From the NCBI GenBank assembly GCA_002269645.1, contig NIVC01001178.1, forward strand, positions 186,001 to 250,000: DNA of 64,000 nucleotides, written 5' to 3'. Of this stretch, positions 55,509-64,000 are shown piece after piece; position 1 is the first letter of the stretch, and every line of letters begins with the position of its first letter. A model generated the notes under the pieces. The model saw only the letters and a list, made by a program, of their open reading frames with translations. It made no database searches and was not told where the DNA came from. Source of the stretch: Macrostomum lignano (lineage: Eukaryota). A program made the translations under genes and the position numbers.

Positions 55509-57758
55509 ATGACTGCCAGCTGCATTGCCCTGCCATCATTCGCTGATGCCACCTCAGCTGCTGCCGCCATCCCAGCTGCTGTGTCTTCCTCATCTTCTGC
55601 AGCAGCAGCAGCCGCAGCAGCAGCAGCTGCTCAATTCTCGCCATTGATTTTATTCGAATGCACTTTATCCAATGCCAGCCTGCTAGTGGAGTCCATGCCC
55701 GATCGCGACCTGCTGCACGCTTTAAGAATTGTTGCAGCGCTGCACAGTCGCGTTGTTAACGTCATGGATCCGCGATATGATCGACTCTGCCGGCTTGGCG
55801 ATGCTGCCTCTGCTGCTGCTGCTGCTGCTGCCGCTGCTGCATCAGCCGCACCCAATACTGAGGAGTCGACATCAAACACCGATCAGCATCCAAATGTTGA
55901 TGTAGATACAACTGAAGCCACCCGACAGCAGCAGCAGAATCAGAGGCGGAATCGTAGGCGTCAGACTCAAGCTAGCCGATTAGCTGCTAAACTAGGGTCT
56001 ACTACTGCTAGTAATACTGATAGGGCTCGAATTGGTACTAAGCAGTCCAGTACCATTACTACTACTACTACTAATAATAATAATAACAGCAGTAACAGCA
56101 ACAATGGTGTCACCTCAGTGGAAGATTGCGATGAGGTAAGAGACCAATTCTTTTGATGAAGTACAATATGTATTTCTGTTCAAATTTAAGAAAGTTGAAG
56201 AATTTTTCCACCCAAAAAATTAGACATAGTACTAATTAGATGCCGAGGTATTTAGCCCCAATAATTACTCAATTTACTCCCGCTGTTTACCCAAAATCAC
56301 GTTAATATTTGCTTAGGTTTCTTTTCATATGTAAGTCGCATGGCTGGTGTAAATCAGAGGGGTTGCGCATGTATGCCATGTTTTGATATCAACACCGTTT
56401 TTTTTCGCATAAAGCCTTCAAAACCAATCCGACATCCATTCAGTCACATGGCACGGCCTCGGCAACCGCTACGCCGCCACCCGAAGACCTCAGAGCTGGC
56501 CCGTCTGACGGTGCCGGCTCCGATTTACTGTTCAAATTCGGCAATATCAAAACTGAGAGTCAACGGCAGAGCCGGCGTAGGCAAGCCAGTGCAGCTGGAC
56601 TGTCTATGGCCGCAACCGCCAGCAGTAGCAGCAGCAGCAGCTACCCGATCGAGTGTAAAACAATTTTTCGTCGGGCCTACAAAGCGCTGAAAGGTGGCGG
56701 CGCGCATTTGTTCGACTTTTCTAAACCGTAAGAAGAGTTGTTTTTGTTTTGGCCATAAGCTTAACTTTCTACTAATTCAAGTAGACTAAGTAGTGTTTTT
56801 AGTTATAAATGCGAAATGCATTTATAATTCATAAAAGTGACTCAGTAATTCTTAAGCGACTCTAGCACGCCTCAGAGATACGATTCTTAGGCGAATGTTA
56901 CCGAGTTGATGTCTCGTCGTTTTAGAGTCGTTTCCGGTCACTTATATTTTATTTTACCTGATCATTGACGCTAGTCATCCATCTAATTGGCTATGTGATA
57001 GACTGAATTTGTTTAACAACTATTCTAAAATGATTTACAGGTTTGTATCGCCGTTCAATCAAAAGGTGGCCAGTCAGGTGTTAAAAAAGGCCCAGGAGAT
57101 GGCTATTGGCAAAGATTGGCCAGTCGATGTATGGAAAAGTGAGTTTGTTTCTTTGTTACTAATGTACCTAAGATTTATCAGTTTGAAACTTTCATTAATA
57201 AATCCTATTTGAACTTGCTTCCCCTATTCAGAGATACCCAACCAGTACAAGATCAACGCAATGTTCTTCGATTTTCGGTGCAAAATTAAGCGCAAAAATC
57301 AATTAAGCGTAAGTGTGAATTTTTTCATAAAAATCTTTAAATTTCTACTTATAAGTAGTTTAACTTGAATTTTTTGTTTAATTTTTTTTCAGAAGCTCAG
57401 CCGACGCCAAAAAGGCCTAGAATTATTATCAGACCGTTTGCCAGCCGAATCGATGAACAAATTTCAAAGCGTACTGACTAGAGATTACATGTCTAGCGAT
57501 GAGGAATGCTCGGCAACTAGTGCCGGCTTGAGCACAGTTCGAGTTCGTCGTTTAGCCTGGGAGTCGGACGAATTGCGCAGTTTAAAACGTCAGCTCGATG
57601 CCGAGTTTTACGCGTCTCAACAGTGCCTGATTGGGACCGCCGGACACCAGCTGGAGGCTTCATCTTCTTCATCAACTATATCTCTAGCGCCTCCAGAGTC
57701 TTCTGTTGTTAGTCAACGACTGCCTCCAAGCGACGCTCCAGAATGGGCTGTTAAGTGA
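55509..57758 (+). CDS. Uncharacterised 5-exon protein (about 483 aa): Ala/Gln/Asn-rich N-terminus and C14orf93-like C-terminal domain
   Basis: Exons 55509-56135, 56444-56727, 57041-57138, 57232-57308, 57393-57758 join in one frame (phases 0, 2, 1, 0) with strong GTAAG/GTGAG donors. C-terminal YMSSDEE...VRRLAWESDELRSLKRQLD resembles the recalled C14orf93 motif MSDEE...VARPPRFR...LCYHLD. The exon 2 acceptor choice and the family call are less certain. Confidence 0.65.
56755..56940 (-). repeat. Second copy of the 38.9 kb dispersed repeat, in intron 2 of the C14orf93-like gene
   Basis: Reverse complement aligns to 38890-39152. Confidence 0.7.
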
Positions 57759-58064
57759 ATTAATGAGGTCACTTACTATCAGTATGTCAAGTTGCGGTTG
57801 TACTATCAAATATCGGATTAAGGTTGCTAGCTACTTGTGCATAGCGAATTTATATTGATTTTTTATAGTCATATCAATGTCCATGTGTCTGTCAGTGTGT
57901 GAAATTAAATCAACTCTTGCTTCCACGATTGCGCTTAGTGTTCAGGGTACTGCTAATGTTTATATCAAGTATCATATGCATCTGTTTTGTTTGTGTTAGT
58001 TTGGTTGATTATTTTCTAAATTTAATAAAATTTTGTTACAGATAATTAGGGCATTTTGAGTTGC

Positions 58065-59050
58065 TAAGACTTGTGAATCTGAGTATTGGGGATCAGGGAA
58101 CTGAGTATTTGGGATTGTGAATCTGAGTATTTTAGGATCAGGGACCTGAGTATTTAGGATTGTAAATCTGAGTATTTTAGGATCAGGGACCTGAGTATTT
58201 GGGATTGTGAATCTGAGTTTTTTGGGATCAGGGACCTGAGTATTTGGGATTAGGGATCTGAGTATTTGCGATTAGGTATCTGAGTATTTGGGATCAGGGA
58301 TTTGAGTATTTAGGATTGGGGATCTGAGTATTTGGGATTAGGGATCTGAGTATTTGGTATTAGGTATCTGAGTATTTGGGATTGGGGATCTGAGTATTTG
58401 GGATCAGGGATTTGAGTATTTAGGATTGGGGATCTGAGTATTTGGGATTAGGGATCTGAGTATTTGGTATTAGGTATTTGGGATTGGGGATCTGAGTATT
58501 TGGGATCAGTGATCTGAGTATTTAGGATTGGGGATCTGAGTATTTGGGATTAGGGATCTGAGTATTTGGTATTAGGTATTTGGGATTGGGGATCTGAGTA
58601 TTTGGGATCAGGGATTTGAGTATTTAGGATTGGGGATCTGAGTATTTGGGATTAGGGATCTGAGTATTTGGTATTAGGTATTTGGGATTGGGGATCTGAG
58701 TATTTGGGATCAGGGATCTGAGTATTTGCGATTAGGTATCTGAGTATTTGGGATCAGGGATTTGAGTATTTAGGATTGGGGATCTGAGTATTTGGGATTA
58801 GGGATCTGAGTATTTGGTATTAGGTATCTGAGTATTTGGGATTGGGGATCTGAGTATTTGGGATCAGGGATTTGAGTATTTAGGATTGGGGATCTGAGTA
58901 TTTGGGATTAGGGATCTGAGTATTTGGTATTAGGTATTTGGGATTGGGGATCTGAGTATTTGGGATCAGTGATCTGAGTATTCAGCATCAAGGACCTGAG
59001 TGTTTAGGATCATCACGAAATTGAATATTTAGAATTCAAGGATCCGAGTA
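58065..59050. repeat. 22-bp array GGGATCTGAGTATTTGGGATTA with higher-order blocks
   Basis: Tandem copies. Confidence 0.93.
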
Positions 59051-60284
59051 TTTAAAAGATTTTATTTCTTTTAAATTAATCTCACTTTCATTAACATACC
59101 TGCTAGTTTGGCCTAATTATTAAAAATGAATTTTTATTTTTTTAAACATGCAGGTCAACATTTTATTAACACCTTAATAGCTTATTAATGTTGTGTACTA
59201 TTTTTACAAGTATAATATTTGTAGTGTAGTAAAAACGATACTTTCAAATTTCTATAAAAAGATTAATGGTAATAATAGATTAATTATTCAAATGCCTGTC
59301 CGTTCCTGTGTTTTTATTCAATTTTTACTGGTTAAAACTAGTCATTTAGAGATTACACAGCTGTAGTTATTAATACTCATACTACCTCACTGGCCATAAG
59401 ATAATTATCTCTTAGTTCTTGCTTATTCACCAAGCTTTGGGGGTCCAGCATTTTCAATCATTTTTTTCTGATATGATAAGCTCTGTTCATTGAAATAAGT
59501 TTTTTGGTTTTCCTTTATATATAATACTATTAGTAATACTTACATTTTTGAAACAAAAGTACACAGTCGAATACCTCAGCTCTTCCTACATCCTTTGCAC
59601 TTTTTTGCCAGATTTTCAACTGGTGTTTTTATTATCCTACTAATAGTAATTAACATTAACTGCCTCAGTCAGTCAGTGAAATATTTGTTTGTTAACCTGC
59701 AGTCGAAATTGAGTCAGTCTTTCATTTTTATTGCGTGTCTGTAGATTTTTTCTTAGCTTGAAAGTAATTAGCTTAGCTTAGTTGCATTGTCTCCCATATT
59801 TATAATTTCGTTCAGGTATTTTGGTGCAATATTATTGCTTATTATTATTATTATTAGTGTTCTCCTTGTGCTGCATAGCAACCCTTTAGATTATCAAAAT
59901 ACAAATATATCATATTTTAGATTGCCAGTTGCTATTGGCATTGAATGAAGCAAATTTTCAGTCTATTGAATAGAATTGACTTTTTTCTTTAAATTATTAC
60001 GAAAATAGAATTGTCGATTGCTTTGTATTTATTTGGAGACTTTTTAGACGATTTGAAAATTTCATTAAGCATTTACCGGTATGTATAGATAGTTAATAGA
60101 AATAGTATAAAAATTAATTTTAGCAAGATTCTTGCACTGCAAAAGTTATTGCCGATCAATGCACTTACTCGTAAATTCAAATGCTTATTGCACGTGGTAG
60201 CTGAAACAAATAAGTTTGGAATACAATTTGAAATAAGTGGCAAATAGAATAACATTGACAGGGTGATAGAATGCCGTTCACAGG

Positions 60285-60950
60285 GGATAAAACCCATTCA
60301 CAGAGGATAAAATCCCATTCACAGAGAAAAGAATCCCATTTACGGGGAAATAATTCCATTCACAGATGATAGAATCCCATTCACAGAGGAAAGAATCCCA
60401 TTCACAGGGAAATAACTCCATTCATAGGTGTTAGAATTCCATTCACAGGGGATAGAACTTCATCCACAGAGGATAGAATCCAAATCACGAGGAATAGAAT
60501 CCCATTCACGGAAGAATTTCATTCACAGGGGAAAGAATTCCATTCACAGCAGATAGAATCCCATTTCACAGAGGATATGATCCCATTCACAGGTGATAGA
60601 ACCCCATTCACGGGGATAGAATCCCATTCACAGAGGATATAATCCCATTCACAGGGGATAGAATCCCATTCACAGAGGATATAATCCCATTCACAGGGGA
60701 TAGAATCCCATTCACAGAGGATATAATACCATTCGCAAGGGAAAGAATCCCATTCACAGGGGATAGAATCCTATTCACAGGAGATAGATCCCCATTCACA
60801 GGGCCCGGGATAGAATCATATTCACACAGGATAGAACCCCATTTACAGGGAATAGAACCCCATTCACAGGGGATAGAATCCCATTCACACAGGATAGAAT
60901 CCTATTCACATGGGATATAATCCCATTCACATTTGATAGAATCCCATTCA
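60285..60950. repeat. 21-bp array CCCATTCACAGGGGATAGAAT
   Basis: Tandem copies downstream of MAD2. Confidence 0.92.
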
Positions 60951-61311
60951 GCGCGTTACAACTTCCCATTCAACTTCAACAAGTAAGATCCTATTAGAAT
61001 CGCGCAGACTGCAAGTTATTCATTGCATACCAGCAATTCACATCAGTTTATAGGAAGTATCAGGTATAAAAATCATACAAATATTAAATTTTCAAATTGA
61101 AATACGGAAAAACTGTTTGATTTGTAAACTTTTAGTACGAGTTCGCTTGCAAATATAACAAAAAATAATCGGAAATGCGTCAAACAAAATGTAGAAAAAT
61201 TACAAAAAATACAAAAACTACTACTAGAAGTACCACTGTAAGCATTGAAGCAGAACTTGAAAGTTATAGTTAATATTATTGTATCTAATTAGCATATTTT
61301 TATAGCAGACT

Positions 61312-63249
61312 TCATTCGTTCGGATTGAGTTTATAAGCCACCAAAGAGTCCACCTTGTGAATTGAGGTGGTAAACGATTTCAATTTCACTTCGACAGAAT
61401 TGGACACCAGCTGAGGTCCAGTATCGGCCCATTCGCCGCTGGGCAATTCCGTGTTCTTGTCGCAGTAAATCAGCAGTTCAAAACTGCCTGTAATTTTCAA
61501 AAAAAAAATCCTTCAGCTTAACAAACTATTTAGTTAAACTCCGAGACAACAAAGCAAATTAAAAAAACGACAAACTTACACTGGAAATCCAGAGCCGGTA
61601 GAAAGGTGACGCTGGCCACAATTTGGCGGATAACATCGGCGATGTCTTTCTTCACTTGCTTCTCGTCTTTCTCTGCCACCATTCTATTTTATGAAAAATT
61701 GGTTCAAACTACTTATAGTGGATAAGTAAAAATATCGGATTTTTGATTGAAAAAATCACACCGGCTTACTGAAAGTAGTATAAAAGACAACCTCAATACT
61801 CACGGTTCATCGGACTTAGCAGATTTGTCGCATTTAATGTCGAACTGCCAGCGTTCGACCACTTCCTGGGTGGACACTCGACGAATAACAAGCACCAGCT
61901 TCTCAATCACCAGGTCGCTGAGCCATTCTGAGTGGTTTTTTACAATAAAATCTTTAGGTGTTTATTTCAGGCGTGAAGGACGGAAACATGTACAGTCATC
62001 TCTGGAGTTTTTAGGATCTGGGAGACTGGCCCAGCAACTGAGGAGCTGGGAGGCTGGCCCAGCAACTGAGGAGCTGGGAGGCTGGCCCAGCAACTGAGGA
62101 GCTGGGAGGCTGGCCCAGCAACTGCGGATCTGGGAGGCTGGCTTAGCAACTGGGGATCTGGGAGGCTGGCCCAGCAACTGAGGATCTGGGAGGCTGGCCC
62201 AGCAACTGAGGATCTGGGAGGCTGGCCCAGCAACTGAGGATCTGGGAGGCTGGCCCAGCAACTGAGGAGCTGGGAGGCTGGCCCAGCAACTGCGGATCTG
62301 GGAGGCTGGCTTAGCAACTGGGGATCTGGGAGGCTGGCCCAGCAACTGAGGATCTGGGAGGCTGGCCCAGCAACTGAGGATCTGGGAGGCTGGCCCAGCA
62401 ACTGAGGATCTGGGAGGCTGGCCCAGCAACTGAGGAGCTGGGAGGCTGGCCCAGCAACTGCGGATCTGGGAGGCTGGCTTAGCAACTGGGGATCTGGGAG
62501 GCTGGCCCAGCAACTGAGGATCTGGGAGGCTGGCCCAGCAACTGAGGATCTGGGAGGCTGGCCCAGCAACTGAGGATCTGGGAGGCTGGCCCAGCAACTG
62601 AGGATCTGGGAGGCTGGCCCAGCAACTGAGGATCTGGGAGGCTGGCCCAGCAACTGAGGATCTGGCAGGCTGTCTGCCCAGCAACTGAGGATCTGGGAGG
62701 CTGGCCCAGCAACTGAGGATCTGGCAGGCTGTCTGCCCAGCAACTGAGGATCGGGGAGGCTGGCCCAGCAACTGACACTCTGGGAGGCTGGCCCAGCAGC
62801 TGAGGATCTGGGAGGCTGGCCCAGCAACTGAGGATCGGGGAGGCTGGCCCAGCAACTGACACTCTGGGAGACTGGCCCAGCAGCTGAGGATCTGGGAGGC
62901 TGGCCCAGCAACTGAGGATCTGGCAGGCTGGCCCAGCAACTGAGGATCTGGGAGGCTGTCCTAGTAACTGAGGATCTGGGAGGCTAGAACAGCAACAGGA
63001 TCTGGGAGGCTGGCGCAGCAACTGAGGATCTAGGGTGGGGGTGCTCAACAACAAAACTTGGGGTGACAGTTGATCTATTCGATACAGCTAGAAGTAACTC
63101 ACGCTTCACTTGTTCCAATATCTTGATCAAATAGGCCTTAAGCTTCTCATCCGATGTCACAAGAACAGTGAGGCCATACTTCTGCTCAAACGAAAAGGAT
63201 TCGCTTGGATAAATGCCACGTTGGTAAAGGATGGAATTCACTGCATAAT
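61312..63249 (-). CDS. MAD2L1: Mitotic spindle checkpoint protein MAD2 (HORMA); exons 63249-63103, 61927-61804, 61683-61580, 61487-61312; first exon not found in window
   Basis: VNSILYQRGIYPSESF..QKYGLTVLV, KLVLVI, ERWQFDI, IRQIVASVTFLP, CSFELLIY, GPQLVSNSVEVKLKSFTTSIHKVDSLVAYK. Phases 1, 1, 2, 1 are consistent. Confidence 0.95.
62010..63045. repeat. 28-bp array CTGGGAGGCTGGCCCAGCAACTGAGGAT (MAD2 intron)
   Basis: Reverse complement of the array at 1-612. Confidence 0.97.
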
Positions 63250-64000
63250 CTAAAATGATTTAAGAAAGTTTGGGCAAGGATGCAATATTTATTGACATTT
63301 TTGCATCAAATTCAAAAATCTTCTTTGTTGTTAAAACGAGGTGCCGTCGAAACCGGCGCGGGTCAGTTCCGAAGAACTCTGCCGCAGTTATATTTTGTAT
63401 TTGATCGAAAGAATTAAAAATATTTACAAGATTTCGATTTGAATATTTATACGAATATTGAAATAAAAATATACATATATAAAACTATTTTTCAATATTT
63501 TGCAGTATTTTGCACGCATTTGGGGATAAAAAAGAGGGGAGGGAAATCCCACACAAAGAAGGGATCTAATAAAAGCAGGACATCTAAAAAATACATGCTA
63601 GGTATTTGAAGGCCTATTGAGAATAAAAGCAAGACATTAAGGTAAAAAATAGAGATTAAAAATGCAATAGCGCATATTTGGATTTAGTTGTAAAAATAGA
63701 ATGAATATAGTAAAGGTGTAAAAAAGCAATTAGTGATATTTGTAGAGCAGTTGGGTAAAAAACACGGTTGGGAAAATTGTAAAAAGAAACGCGAGGAGAC
63801 ATAGAGATTACCTAATCAGTCCTAATGACTGATCAACCGATCTCCGTCTCAGGCAGCAAGTTTAGTTTTATTAGTTGCGTTTCAGAGCGTGGTCACTTCC
63901 GGTTTGGAAGGCTGGTAGCCAGCCTAACCCTGGGGTGGGATTCCCCTGTTTCTTTCCCGACGCCTCATGGCATCCCAGAGGACATTGAGGACGGGGGTTC

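Noticed and set aside
56340-56690. 116-aa ORF from the track
   Set aside because: Wrong frame. The overlapping frame forms exon 2 (56444-56727) of the C14orf93-like gene.
63360-63395. Minus-strand ITAAEFFG resembling MAD2 exon 1 (IVAEFF)
   Set aside because: No GT donor after TTC G, no ATG and no TL.GS motif. The true first exon is probably outside the window.

Overview
Animal genomic DNA with GT-AG spliced genes, GC-rich exons and introns filled with minisatellites. The style is consistent with a free-living flatworm such as Macrostomum (inference). I reconstructed eight gene models by hand, with exon phases checked. They are: the last exon of a type I TGF-beta receptor (+); ATG5 (+); a 10-exon THAP-CtBP (-) that has lost its dehydrogenase catalytic residues; snurportin-1 (-); an intronless 630-aa TSR3-METTL6 fusion ORF (-); a PPM1E/F-like PP2C phosphatase (-); a 5-exon C14orf93-like gene (+); and MAD2 (-, first exon not found). 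The most interesting signal is that ATG5 and the METTL6 half of the fusion have no usable ATG of their own. Each begins exactly at an in-frame pyrimidine-CAG acceptor, which fits use of the 3'-terminal AUG of the flatworm spliced leader as the start codon. One open reading frame could therefore give both a TSR3-METTL6 fusion and a stand-alone METTL6 by trans-splicing. The non-coding DNA holds about 40 tandem arrays, two tRNA-derived SINE families, hAT-like MITEs, two head-to-tail Helitron-like elements carrying minisatellites, and a sharply CpG-depleted domain at about 42.4-55.4 kb. All homology calls are from motif recognition, not database searches. Repeat boundaries are approximate.
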